Assembly (NCBI GenBank): GCA_965223325.1 | Contig: CBDCWI010000002.1 | Coordinates: 4,064,001 to 4,128,000 of the forward strand | DNA: 64,000 nucleotides | From: Candidatus Multivoradales bacterium | GTDB taxonomy: Bacteria > Acidobacteriota > Thermoanaerobaculia > Multivoradales > Multivoraceae | Direction of reading: 5' to 3' | Part shown: positions 39,488-49,277 of the stretch, one piece after another | Layout of the letters: each line of letters opens with the position of its first letter | Numbering within the stretch: position 1 is the stretch's first letter | Program-made: the position numbers and the translations under genes | The notes under the pieces: model-generated | What the model saw: only the letters and a program-made list of their open reading frames with translations | Databases searched by the model: none | Told to the model about the DNA's origin: nothing

Positions 39488-41023
39488 TTGCAACTAGAAG
39501 GATCTCTCAACGAAATCGCGGTCGCACCGCTACTCGAGCGGGTCGGTGCCCTGGGCAAAACCGGCATCCTCACGATTCACAGTGAAAGCGACATCATCGC
39601 GGTCACCTTCCTGGATGGGCGAATCGTGGCAGCCGATGCGCTCAACGAACCGATCGACGAAGGTCTCGGCCAGGTTCTGATCAGCCAGGGCCTGCTTACC
39701 GAAGAGCGCTTCACGGGCATGCTCGAGGACGCTCGCGGGGCGAGTCGCCGCCTGTCGCATCACCTGGTGGAGCGGGCAGTGGTGGGTCGCGACCAGGTCC
39801 TCGAGGCGGTGCGCCTGCAGACGTATCGCCTGTTGCTTCGCCTGCTGCGCTGGAACGAAGGCGAGTGGAACATCTTTGTCGGCGACGAGATCTCCTACGA
39901 GGACGGCATCCGCCCGATTGCGGTGGAAGAGGTGCTCGTTCGGGCGCAGGGGGACCTGGGTGACGAATCACCCGTTGATGGCGTCCTGCCGGAACTCGAA
40001 ACCACCTGGGAGCGTAGCCCCGACACCCGCACCATCAAGATCCTCGGTATCGACGGAGATACTCCGAGTGGCGATGAGACCGAGGTGTGGGTCACGGCGG
40101 CTCAGCACGCCCTGTTGCGCGAGAGCGAAGGCGGCTGCTTCGGCACCTCGCTGCTCACCCGTGCTGGGCTCGATGAGTACGAGGTGCGTTGGGGTCTCTC
40201 GCAGCTGCGCAACCTCGGCATGGTCAACGAACGCCAGCAAACGGAGCTCGAGGTCGGCGAGCACACTCTCGGTGGAGGGGGTCTCGGCAGTCTCGACGAC
40301 CAGGTTCGCGATCCGCTGCGCGAAACCGGCAGCCACTCGTTCCTCGGCGACACCGACGCTTCGCTGGGAGAGCTGCTCTCCGGGGCCCCGGTCGAAGCCG
40401 AAGCTGATTTCCTTCGCGACACTGGCTCATTCGGCGGGCTGGTGCCGCCGCCACCCACCGGCCAGCGACCAGTTTCAGCCGGCCAGACCGGTGTCCACGA
40501 GAAGGTCACGCCGCCTCCCAAGTCCGCGGCTCCTAGCCGTCACAAGGCGCGGTCGATTCTGCGGGACTTCGTCGATGTCTGGTTGGGGCGCACCATGGCG
40601 CTCGGCTTCTTCCTGGTCGTCGTGCTGGCCTTTGCGCTCATGCCGGACCGCAACGGGTTGTTCTTCCCCTACCCTTGGCAGGAACGTCAACGTGAGGCAT
40701 TCGAGAGCGCCCAGCGTGCTTCTCAGGCCGCCAAGCTCGATCGCGCGGTGCGTTCCTACTACCTGCTCTATGGGCGCTTCCCCGAACGTCTCGGAGCCCT
40801 CTCGGCTCTCGAGCTCTTGAGTCCCAACGATCAGGTCGACAGCCGGGGTCGGCAGCTGCAGTACTCCTCAGCCAAGACTAGCTACACCCTGCAGCCGCTT
40901 CGCGATGGCCAGCCGGTGCCGGGTCTCGAACGCACCTACGACGTGGCGGAAGACTTCCTGCTCAGCCCGGAGTTCGTGCGGGTGCAGAGAAACGAGCGCA
41001 GCCCGGTGGTTCTTCTGGATTGA
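39488..41023 (+). CDS. DUF4388-domain membrane protein
   Basis: LEGSLNEI...KTGILTI N-terminus, WNEGEW, C-terminal TM followed by GRFPERL...DSRGRQLQY (pseudopilin-like) segment. Confidence 0.72.
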   Translation: MQLEGSLNEIAVAPLLERVGALGKTGILTIHSESDIIAVTFLDGRIVAADALNEPIDEGLGQVLISQGLLTEERFTGMLEDARGASRRLSHHLVERAVVGRDQVLEAVRLQTYRLLLRLLRWNEGEWNIFVGDEISYEDGIRPIAVEEVLVRAQGDLGDESPVDGVLPELETTWERSPDTRTIKILGIDGDTPSGDETEVWVTAAQHALLRESEGGCFGTSLLTRAGLDEYEVRWGLSQLRNLGMVNERQQTELEVGEHTLGGGGLGSLDDQVRDPLRETGSHSFLGDTDASLGELLSGAPVEAEADFLRDTGSFGGLVPPPPTGQRPVSAGQTGVHEKVTPPPKSAAPSRHKARSILRDFVDVWLGRTMALGFFLVVVLAFALMPDRNGLFFPYPWQERQREAFESAQRASQAAKLDRAVRSYYLLYGRFPERLGALSALELLSPNDQVDSRGRQLQYSSAKTSYTLQPLRDGQPVPGLERTYDVAEDFLLSPEFVRVQRNERSPVVLLD

Positions 41024-42110
41024 TTGAGGCGGGCGTGGTTGGTCGCGGTTGTAGCGCGGGCCGGCGTTTCTTTCTTTGTTGGTGGATGGGGTGGCCGGTT
41101 GACGGTGCGAGGTGGTTACCACGCCCGCCTCAACCGGTCTTCTCCCCCCTTGGGATTGAGGCGGGCGTGGTTGGTCGCGGTTGTGGCGCGGGCCGGCGTT
41201 TCTTTCTTTGTTGGTGGATGGGGTGGCCGGTTGGCTTTGTGAGGTGGTTACCACGCCCGCCTCAATCGGTCTTCTCCCCCCTTGGGATTGAGGCGGGCGT
41301 GGTTGGTCGCGGTTGTAGCGCGGGCCGGCGTTTCTTTCTTTGTTGGTGGATGGGGTGGCCGGTTGACGGTGCGAGGTTGGTTACCACGCCCGCCTCAACC
41401 GGTCTTCTCCCCCCCTTGGTATCCCCCCAGGGGGACGGCGCAAGCGGTCCGTGGCGCTGGCCTTCTTTGTGGGGCCCTGGTTCCCTGCACTTGCGGCGTC
41501 GGCCTTCGTTTCGCTTGTCGCGCGCCTTTGCCGGACTTCGGGACTGAAGCGCGAGGTGCCTTCCGCGCTGGTTAGCGCGGGCCGGCGTTTCTTTCTTTGT
41601 TGGTGGATGGGGTGGCCGGTTGGCTTTGTGAGGTGGTTACCACGCCCGCCTCAATCGGTCTTCTCCCCCCTTGGCATCCCCCCAGGGGGACGGCGCAAGC
41701 GGTCCGTGGCGCTGGCCTTCTTTGTGGGGCCTGGTTCCCTGCACTTGCGGCGTCGGCCTTCGTTTCGCTTGTCGCGCGCCTTGCCGGACTTCGGGACTGA
41801 AGCGGCGGTGGTTTCGTGGCGGTTTGTAGCGCGGGCCGGCGTTTCTTTCTTTGTTGGTGGATGGGGTGGCCGGTTGGCTTTGTGAGGTGGTTACCACGCC
41901 CGCCTCAACCGGTCTTCTCCCCCCTTGGTATCCCCCCAGGGGGACGGCGCAAGCGGTCCGTGGCGCTGGCCTTCTTTGTGGGGCCTGGTTCCCTGCACTT
42001 GCGGCGTCGGCCTTCGTTTCGCTTGTCGCGCGCCTTTGCCGGACTTCGGGACTGAAGCGCGAGGTGCCTTCCGCGCTGGTTAGCGCGGGCCGGCGTTTCT
42101 TTCTTTGTTG
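41024..42110 (+). repeat. Stop-codon-anchored element copy C: 3 x 132 bp followed by ~3 x 254-257 bp
   Basis: TTGAGGCGGGCGTGGT at 41024, 41156, 41288 with partner ACCACGCCCGCCTCAA; TAGCGCGGGCCGGCG recurs at 41316, 41573, 41827, 42081; family motifs present. Confidence 0.93.
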
Positions 42111-42194
42111 CCTACGTCCAAACGGGGTCCGGAGGGGCCTCTGTCCCTGGTCGGAGCCCTCGAAGCTCCGGCTTTCCTCTGGGCCCTCGGGAAT

Positions 42195-42220
42195 AAATCT
42201 TAGTCTCTTTCTGTCATATA
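42195..42220 (+). promoter_or_regulatory. Possible degenerate HAIR (HspR) operator upstream of dnaK
   Basis: AT-rich island TCTTAGT-N7-TGTCATA, weak match to CTTGAGT-N7-ACTCAAG; hspR is in the same operon. Confidence 0.3.
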
Positions 42221-42423
42221 GGTTGTTCGTGGCGATTTGACAGTGATGGGCTCAGGAGTGTACGCTTCGGCCTGCTGCGAGGGTTGGGGCACGGTGAGCC
42301 CTGGTCTGCGGCTGTCGGGCGCTGTCGAGCGCGCCGGGGTGCTTTGTGCTCCAAGAGCGAGTCCAGAACTCACCCGAACCAAACCAGAACTTTTCGAAAC
42401 CTATCGGGACGGAGAACAAAGAG

Positions 42424-44340
42424 ATGAGCAAGATCATTGGTATCGACCTGGGAACGACCAACAGTGTCGTTGCGGTCATGGAAGGAGCGGAGCCCAAGGT
42501 GGTTCCCAATAGCGAAGGCGGTCGAACGACGCCTTCGATCGTGGCGTTTGCCAAGAACGGTGAGCGACTGGTTGGGCAGGTTGCCAAGCGCCAGGCGGTG
42601 ACCAACCCCGAGAACACGGTGTTCTCGATCAAGCGCTTCATGGGTCGTCGTAAAGACGAGGTCAGCGACGAGATGAGCATGGTTCCCTACACCATCGAGG
42701 CGTCGGGACAGGACGTGGTGGTCAAGGCGAATGGCAAGAGCTACACGCCGCCCGAGATCTCCGCGATGATTCTCCAGAAGCTCAGGCAGGCAGCGGAGGA
42801 CTATCTCGGTCAGCCGGTGAGCAAGGCAGTGATCACGGTTCCCGCCTACTTCAACGACGCCCAGCGCCAGGCGACCAAAGACGCCGGCAAAATCGCCGGC
42901 CTCGAGGTTGAGCGCCTCGTCAACGAGCCCACCGCGGCCGCCCTCGCCTACGGTCTCGACCAGAAGGGCGACACGACGATTGCGGTCTACGACTTCGGAG
43001 GCGGTACGTTCGACATCTCGATTCTCGAAGTCGGCGAAGGTGTTGTCGAAGTCAAGTCGACGAACGGTGACACCCACCTCGGTGGCGACAACATCGACCA
43101 GCGGGTCATCGAGTGGATCCTCGAGGAGTTCAAGAAGGACCAGGGGATCGACCTGTCGGCCGACCCGATGGCCATGCAGCGCCTCAAGGAAGCCGCCGAG
43201 AAGGCGAAGATCGAGCTCTCGACCGCCCAGGAGAGTGAAATCAACCTGCCCTTCGTCACTGCCGACGCCTCGGGCCCCAAGCACCTGAACCTGTCGCTGA
43301 CCCGCTCGAAGCTCGAGCAACTGGTCGGCGATCTGGTCAAGCGTTCGCTCGAGCCCTGCCAGAAGGCGCTCGACGACGCTGGCGTCAAGCCGGCGGACAT
43401 CGACGAGGTGGTCCTGGTCGGTGGCCAGACCCGCATGCCTGCCATTCAGGAGGCAGTTTCTGAGTTCTTCGCGCGGGAAGCGCACAAGGGCGTCAACCCG
43501 GACGAGGTCGTTGCCCTCGGTGCGGCGATTCAGGGCGGGGTGCTTGCCGGTGACGTCAAAGACGTTCTGCTGCTCGACGTGACGCCCCTGTCGCTCGGCA
43601 TCGAGACCATGGGCGGCGTGGCACACAAGCTGATTGAGCGCAACACCACCATCCCGGCGCGCAAGAGCGAAGTCTTCTCGACCGCCAGCGACAACCAGAA
43701 CCAGGTCGAGGTGCACGTGTTGCAGGGTGAGCGCGAGATGGCGATCGACAACCGCACCCTCGGCAAGTTCAATCTGGTGGGCATCCCCCCGGCGCCGCGC
43801 GGCGTGCCGCAGATCGAGGTCACCTTCGACATCGACGCCAACGGCATCACCCACGTCTCCGCCAAGGACCTGGGAACCAGCAAGGAGCAGAAGATCACCA
43901 TCTCTGGTTCGAGCGGTCTCTCTGACGAGGACATCGAGCGTATGGTCAACGACGCCCAGGCGCACGCTGGCGACGACAAGAAGCGTCGCGAGACAGCCGA
44001 GGCTCGCAACCAGCTCGACTCGCTGGTCTACTCAACCCAGAAGACCCTCGACGAGCACGGCGATAAGCTCGACGCTCCGTCGAAGACGGCCATCGAGGAA
44101 GCCCTCGAGGAAGGCAAGAAGGCCCTCGAGGGCGAGGATACCGAGGCGATGACCGCGGCAGTCTCCAAGATCTCGGAGGTCTCCCACAAAATGGCCGAGG
44201 CGATGTACCAGGCGGCGGGTGCCGAAGGCGCCACACCTGGTGCCGATGCCGCTCCAGGCACCGAGACTGCCGACGCTGGCGAGGCCGACGACGAGGTCAT
44301 CGATGCCGAGTACGTGGACGTCAACGACAAGGCGAGCTGA
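42424..44340 (+). CDS. dnaK: Chaperone DnaK
   Basis: [42 protein letters not shown]; RBS GGAG. Confidence 0.98.
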   Translation: MSKIIGIDLGTTNSVVAVMEGAEPKVVPNSEGGRTTPSIVAFAKNGERLVGQVAKRQAVTNPENTVFSIKRFMGRRKDEVSDEMSMVPYTIEASGQDVVVKANGKSYTPPEISAMILQKLRQAAEDYLGQPVSKAVITVPAYFNDAQRQATKDAGKIAGLEVERLVNEPTAAALAYGLDQKGDTTIAVYDFGGGTFDISILEVGEGVVEVKSTNGDTHLGGDNIDQRVIEWILEEFKKDQGIDLSADPMAMQRLKEAAEKAKIELSTAQESEINLPFVTADASGPKHLNLSLTRSKLEQLVGDLVKRSLEPCQKALDDAGVKPADIDEVVLVGGQTRMPAIQEAVSEFFAREAHKGVNPDEVVALGAAIQGGVLAGDVKDVLLLDVTPLSLGIETMGGVAHKLIERNTTIPARKSEVFSTASDNQNQVEVHVLQGEREMAIDNRTLGKFNLVGIPPAPRGVPQIEVTFDIDANGITHVSAKDLGTSKEQKITISGSSGLSDEDIERMVNDAQAHAGDDKKRRETAEARNQLDSLVYSTQKTLDEHGDKLDAPSKTAIEEALEEGKKALEGEDTEAMTAAVSKISEVSHKMAEAMYQAAGAEGATPGADAAPGTETADAGEADDEVIDAEYVDVNDKAS

Positions 44341-44355
44341 TAGCCTTCGCCTCCC

Positions 44356-44760
44356 ATGGAGAAACGCGAAAGCTACCTTCACGAGCTATCCCGGATCCGG
44401 GGAGAGATCAACCGACTGTTCGAGACGGCGCTTTCGAGCGCCGGTCTCGACAGCGGTAGTCCGCTTCCCCCGGGGGCCTGGCTTCCACCCATGGACGTCC
44501 TCGAGGAGGACGACCACTACGAGTTTCACGTCGAGCTGCCGGGAGTCGACCCGGGCGGCATCCACTGTTCCATCGACGACGGGGTGCTCCAGATTTCGGG
44601 CCAGCGCTCCATGCCACTGGAGGAAGGTTCGAGCTTTCGCCGCATGGAGAGGATCTACGGCCCGTTCCGGCGCATGGTCGAGCTACGTGGGCCGGTCGCT
44701 TCGGAGCCTCAGGTGGACTTTCGCGACGGGATTCTCACGGTCCGCGTCGATCGCAAGTAA
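44356..44760 (+). CDS. Hsp20/alpha-crystallin small heat-shock protein
   Basis: PPMDVLE, VELPGV, ERIYGPFRR, FRDGILTV. Confidence 0.9.
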   Translation: MEKRESYLHELSRIRGEINRLFETALSSAGLDSGSPLPPGAWLPPMDVLEEDDHYEFHVELPGVDPGGIHCSIDDGVLQISGQRSMPLEEGSSFRRMERIYGPFRRMVELRGPVASEPQVDFRDGILTVRVDRK

Positions 44761-44814
44761 GAGGCGACCGAACGGCTCGGCCGCCTCACCAGGGAACAAA
44801 CCGAGAGAAGCACC

Positions 44815-45192
44815 ATGGCGCGCGCCAAGCGATACGTGATGATCAGCGTCGTCGCTGAACGGTACGGTATCCATCCGCAGACGCTCCGTTTGTACGAGCG
44901 CGAAGGTCTGATCGAGCCCCATCGCAGCGAGGGCAACACACGTCTCTACGATGAAGAGTCGATCGCGCGCCTCGAGGCGATTCTCGCCCTGACGCGCGAT
45001 ATGGGCGTCAACCTCGCAGGCGTGGAGGTCATCCTCCGTCTCAAGGCGCATTTGCAGGAGCTCGAAGAAGAGAATCTTCGTCTCCGTCGGGCGCTCGAGA
45101 TGGAGCGTCGCGATCGCCGGAGTGGCGTCGAGCGGCAACGGGCACTGGTCAAGTTCGAGAGCGCGGCCCTCCTGCGTCTCGAGGACGAGTAG
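44815..45192 (+). CDS. hspR: MerR-family heat-shock repressor
   Basis: ISVVAE..IHPQTLRLYEREGL..PHRSEGNTRLY, GVNLAGV. Confidence 0.88.
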   Translation: MARAKRYVMISVVAERYGIHPQTLRLYEREGLIEPHRSEGNTRLYDEESIARLEAILALTRDMGVNLAGVEVILRLKAHLQELEEENLRLRRALEMERRDRRSGVERQRALVKFESAALLRLEDE

Positions 45193-45372
45193 GGACGAGT
45201 AGGTCGGAGAGCGCGCAGCGCACCGGGTGTCTGCCTTGGGCTGCTAGGCTTACGGTTCGCCCGCCGCACCGTCCTCCTCCTGAGGTACGGTCCCTCCGGT
45301 GTTCTGGTGACACTCCGTGCGGCACCGCATGGCGGTGTGACCCCCGCCCCTCCAGTTTACAAAGTGAGGCCG

Positions 45373-46161
45373 ATGTCAGCCCCTCTCGATTTCCCGGTTC
45401 CGCCCGCTTGCTCGGTGTGCTCTGGGCGACGCTGGATTGTTGAAGAGGGGCGTGCTCGTCGCTGCGAATGCGCCCAAAGCATTCCAGGGTCGAACCTGAT
45501 CGAGAGGGCGGGGTTGCCTCCGCGCTATCGCGATTGCCGGCTGGAGACGTTCAAACCCGAAGTCGCCAGCGGTTCTGCCCGTGAGCAGCTGGCGCGCGCG
45601 CGCAGCATCTGCCGGCAGTACATCGATGAGTTTCTCGAAGCCGATGGGCTCTTTCGCGAGACCGGGCTGATCTTCATTGGCCCCCCGGGGGTCGGTAAGA
45701 CGCATCTGGCGGCGGCGGTTCTGCGAGAGTTGATCGAGCAGTACCGAGTCGATGGGCGGTTCGTCGACTTCACCAGCTTGTTGCACGAGATCCAGGCGAC
45801 CTTCGACTCGTCGTCGCCGATCACCAAGAACGCAGTGCTCCGCCCGGTCACCAATGCAGAAGTCCTGGTACTCGATGAGCTCGGAGCACAGAAGCCGACC
45901 CCCTGGGTCTCCGAGATGCTCTACCTGATCATGAACGCGCGCTACTCTCGGCGCCTACCGACCCTCTTCACCACCAACTTTCGGCTCGACCCGGAGGCCG
46001 AGGAGCAGGGCCTGGACCGCGGCGCCGATCAAACCGCGTCGCTCCATCGACGCATTCCGGCACCGCTTCTCAGTCGTCTCTACGAAATGGCTCGTCCCGT
46101 CGTGCTTGACGGTGCGCCCGATTTTCGGCGCCAGATTCAGGTCCACCAGCACGGCATCTGA
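45373..46161 (+). CDS. DnaC/DnaI/IstB-like AAA+ ATPase
   Basis: CxxC...CxC N-terminus, Walker A GPPGVGKT, Walker B VLVLDELG, FTTN, SRLYEM. Confidence 0.85.
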   Translation: MSAPLDFPVPPACSVCSGRRWIVEEGRARRCECAQSIPGSNLIERAGLPPRYRDCRLETFKPEVASGSAREQLARARSICRQYIDEFLEADGLFRETGLIFIGPPGVGKTHLAAAVLRELIEQYRVDGRFVDFTSLLHEIQATFDSSSPITKNAVLRPVTNAEVLVLDELGAQKPTPWVSEMLYLIMNARYSRRLPTLFTTNFRLDPEAEEQGLDRGADQTASLHRRIPAPLLSRLYEMARPVVLDGAPDFRRQIQVHQHGI

Positions 46162-46186
46162 TCGCCGCTATCGATCTCGAGAAGAC

Positions 46187-48421
46187 GTGAAGCTGAGCAG
46201 CTCGAGAGGGAGGCCCCTGGCATCCCAGTGCAGGCAGGGAGACTCCGGCCACCGTCCGCTGGCGTGGGTGGTCGCAGCGCTCGTTCTTGCTGTGTTGTCG
46301 TGTAGTGCACCGCAGCCGGTCTCGTCGCCTCCGCCCCTACTCGACCTTTCCGAAGAGTGGATGGTGCCGGGTGACGTGGTGCCCACGTCGCCACCTGCAG
46401 CAACTCCTTCCGCCACCGCCGACAGGCCCGCCAGAGCGCCCGCGCCAGCGCCGGAAGTATGGCTCCCGGTGCGTGTGCGTGTGGGCCTCGACACCGACCA
46501 TCCGAGCTACGCTCTGCCATGCTGTCAAGACGAGTACCTGATCTACATCGAGGGCGAAAGAACCGGTTTCCGCATCCGCGCCGGCTCGCCGCAGGTCGTG
46601 ATTCGACCGGCCGCCCGTAGTGTGACCACTGGAGTGTTCAGACTGCAGGCCGCTGCCCTCAAAGACGAACGGCAGGCGGTCGGTCTCGCGCGTCGCCTGG
46701 GTGGTTTGCTCGACCAACCAGCCGACGCCGTGTTCGATGCCGGAACAGACCTCTATCGGGTGCGCGTCGGCGCCTACCGCGATCGCGCTGAAGCAGAGCG
46801 CGCAGCACGCCAACTCGAAGCTGCCGGGGTGAGTGGCGCTTGGATCGCTCAGGAGGGCGGTACGCTCGAGGGCGCGGGCTTCACGCTCGAGCAGGGTGGT
46901 AAGTCGCGTCGCGTTGACGGGCGCAGCCTGGTCGTGTCGTCTCCGTCGGGAGTTGTGGCGTTCGAGAAGCGCACCTTTCGTGGTGCCCTCGGGCTGTTTC
47001 TCAACGGTCGTGGGTCGTTGAACATCGTCAATCACGTGTCGCTCGACGACTACCTGCGCGGCGTCTTGCCGATGGAAATGGGTCCGGCGCTGTTTCCCGA
47101 GCCAGAGGCGCTCGCAGCCCAGACGATCGCCGCTAGAACCTACGTCGTTCGCCACATGGGCGAGTTCCAGGCCGAGGGCTACGACATCTGCGCGACCCCC
47201 CGTTGCCAGGTCTACGGTGGCATGGGTGCCGAACATCCGATGTCTGACCGTGCGGTCGCAACAACCAGTGGCCAGATCCTGGTCGCCGACGGCGGAGCCG
47301 CCAACGCGATGTACAGCGCCACCTGTGGTGGCCACACCGAAGACGTGAGCGCCGTCTTCCCGCAGCAGGACGAGTGGTACCTCGAGGGCATCGCGTGCTG
47401 GGAGCGCGGCGTAGACGAGGTGCGGGGCTACCGAACCAACGGGGCCTTCGAGCGTGAACTGCTCGACCGCTTGCTCGGGCCGGTGCGCCGGAAGTCGAGC
47501 CTCGACGCGCGTCTCGAGCAAGTTGCGGCCCGGATCGACGTTCCTTCACCACCACCCATGCCGGTTTCGCGTGCACGCAGCGAGATCGCTCTTGCCATCA
47601 GACAGAACTTCGACCTGCGTCTCGAGCCCGGGCTCTTGCAGGGTGCGCACAACGAGGAGCTGAGTCCCGCTGGAAGAGCGCTCACCAGGTTCTTCGGGCG
47701 TCGTGGGAGAAACCTGACCGCGCCAGAAGAAGACGAGCTGGTCCTTCTCCTCATGCGCGAGTTCGGACTGCTGCGCAGGGTGCGTGGCGGCTTTCTGACC
47801 CGTTCAGGCGATCGGCTGAGAGTTCGTGTCGAACGGTCACGCCTCGACCTCGTCGTTGGGCCCGATCTTCTGCTGGCACCTGAGAGGGGTGTTCAAAGAG
47901 CCGGTCAAGGGACGCTCTCGTTGCGTCCTGGTGATCCCCTCGAGATCTACTACGACGCATCAGGCGCGCGCGCCATCATTCCTCGCTTTGCGCTTGCTCA
48001 TCGGGCAGGGCCCAGGATTCCGGGGCCGTGGCGGAAGTTCAGGTCGGATCGGGAGCTGGCCCGCCTGGTGGAGGCGCGCTACCCAGGTTTTCAGATGATC
48101 GATCTGGAGGTCCTTCGTACGGGTCGCTCAGGGCGAGTTGCTGAAGTCCTGCTGCGTGACGCCACCGGTCGCGAGTTGACGATCGAAGGTCTCGCCATCC
48201 GCTGGACGTTCGACCTACCCGACGTGCGCTTCACCGTGTCTCGAGAGACCAGCGGACGTCGAGGTTGGCTGTTCAGGGGCCAAGGGCACGGCCATGGTGT
48301 CGGTCTCTGCCAGCGCGGCGCGGTAGGTATGGCGGCGCGGGGTCACGACCGAGCGACGATTCTCGAGCACTACTATGGCGGCCTACGCCCGATGCAGGTG
48401 ACGCAGGCGACTGGCGGCTAG
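46187..48421 (+). CDS. SpoIID/LytB lytic transglycosylase lipoprotein with SPOR domain
   Basis: Lipobox VLSC, SPOR (LYRVRVGAY), YLRGVLPMEM, AQTIAARTY, CQVYGG, GHGHGVGLCQRGA. Confidence 0.88.
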   Translation: MKLSSSRGRPLASQCRQGDSGHRPLAWVVAALVLAVLSCSAPQPVSSPPPLLDLSEEWMVPGDVVPTSPPAATPSATADRPARAPAPAPEVWLPVRVRVGLDTDHPSYALPCCQDEYLIYIEGERTGFRIRAGSPQVVIRPAARSVTTGVFRLQAAALKDERQAVGLARRLGGLLDQPADAVFDAGTDLYRVRVGAYRDRAEAERAARQLEAAGVSGAWIAQEGGTLEGAGFTLEQGGKSRRVDGRSLVVSSPSGVVAFEKRTFRGALGLFLNGRGSLNIVNHVSLDDYLRGVLPMEMGPALFPEPEALAAQTIAARTYVVRHMGEFQAEGYDICATPRCQVYGGMGAEHPMSDRAVATTSGQILVADGGAANAMYSATCGGHTEDVSAVFPQQDEWYLEGIACWERGVDEVRGYRTNGAFERELLDRLLGPVRRKSSLDARLEQVAARIDVPSPPPMPVSRARSEIALAIRQNFDLRLEPGLLQGAHNEELSPAGRALTRFFGRRGRNLTAPEEDELVLLLMREFGLLRRVRGGFLTRSGDRLRVRVERSRLDLVVGPDLLLAPERGVQRAGQGTLSLRPGDPLEIYYDASGARAIIPRFALAHRAGPRIPGPWRKFRSDRELARLVEARYPGFQMIDLEVLRTGRSGRVAEVLLRDATGRELTIEGLAIRWTFDLPDVRFTVSRETSGRRGWLFRGQGHGHGVGLCQRGAVGMAARGHDRATILEHYYGGLRPMQVTQATGG

Positions 48422-48429
48422 GAGCGCAC

Positions 48430-48771
48430 CTACGAAGGTAGGACTTGGTCATTCGGCTCGCTTCCCTGCCCGACGAACTGCTGAACCGATATCCCAACGC
48501 GGCGCTCGAAGCGTTGGCAGTAGCTTTCGACATCGCCGACCTGCTCGTCGAGAAAGACGCGTTCGACCCGCGAAATCGGAACGAACATCGTCGCCAGGCC
48601 GAGCGAGGGCTTCTCGCCGCTAGCGGCCTCGGCCATCCAGTCGTCGAAGGTCGACACGTTGAGGCCCATGAGCACGAGACCGACGGCGTCGAGGCGCTGC
48701 AAAACTCCCCAGAACTTCTCGGAGGGTTGCGCCAGGTGAGTGATGACGATGGAACCTGGTTCCATCATCAC
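48430..48771 (-). CDS. Hypothetical protein (possible Sm-like small beta-barrel)
   Basis: Coupled to mce; EKFWGVL...MFVPISRVERVFLDE. Confidence 0.65.
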   Translation of the reverse strand: MMMEPGSIVITHLAQPSEKFWGVLQRLDAVGLVLMGLNVSTFDDWMAEAASGEKPSLGLATMFVPISRVERVFLDEQVGDVESYCQRFERRVGISVQQFVGQGSEPNDQVLPS

Positions 48772-49178
48772 GCAGTACCCTTCCGCGGTTCCGACAGCTC
48801 GACCAGCACCCCACCAGCGCTCTTTGGATGGATGAACTGAACCAGAGCGCCCTCGGCGCCAACCGACGGCGTATCGCGAATCAGACGGAAGCCATCGCCA
48901 CGAAGCTTTGCGTCCTCCCCGTGCACGTCGTCCGTCGCCATACAGATGTGATGAATCCCGGGCCCGCCGCGCTCGAGAAAGCGCGCAATCGCGGACTCGT
49001 CTGAAGTCGGTTCGATGAGTTCGATGCGCGTGTTGCCGCAGGGGATCATTGCCACCCGGACGTGCTCTCGAGGTACCTCTTCGATGTGTTCGATCGACAA
49101 ACCGAGGGCCTCGTAGAAGCCGCGCGACTCCTGGATGGAAGAAACCGCAATACCAATGTGGTCAAGACCTTCGATCAT
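48768..49178 (-). CDS. mce: Methylmalonyl-CoA epimerase
   Basis: LDHIGIAV, IELIEP, GPGIHHIC, FIHPKSAGGVLVEL. Confidence 0.9.
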   Translation of the reverse strand: MIEGLDHIGIAVSSIQESRGFYEALGLSIEHIEEVPREHVRVAMIPCGNTRIELIEPTSDESAIARFLERGGPGIHHICMATDDVHGEDAKLRGDGFRLIRDTPSVGAEGALVQFIHPKSAGGVLVELSEPRKGTA

Positions 49179-49277
49179 GGCCGGGGCCCTCGTGGAGATG
49201 AATCAGAGATGAAAGTGCTGCCGGAGAGATGAAGCAGAGTACACGGTGACCAGCGTCCGTCCGAACTCGGTGGAAGA

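Noticed and set aside
41021-41040. SECIS/PYLIS-type recoding signal at the element-adjacent stops
   Set aside because: The element follows TAA, TAG and TGA alike, and the proteins appear to end at natural C-termini.
41020-42240. ORFs across the 41-42 kb repeat
   Set aside because: Products of repeat periodicity and A-poor composition (few stop codons); frames break between units.
42370-43965. 531-aa antisense ORF to dnaK and many similar shadow ORFs
   Set aside because: Typical antisense shadows of high-GC3 genes.
45373-46161. IS21 element
   Set aside because: No istA transposase and no terminal inverted repeats.
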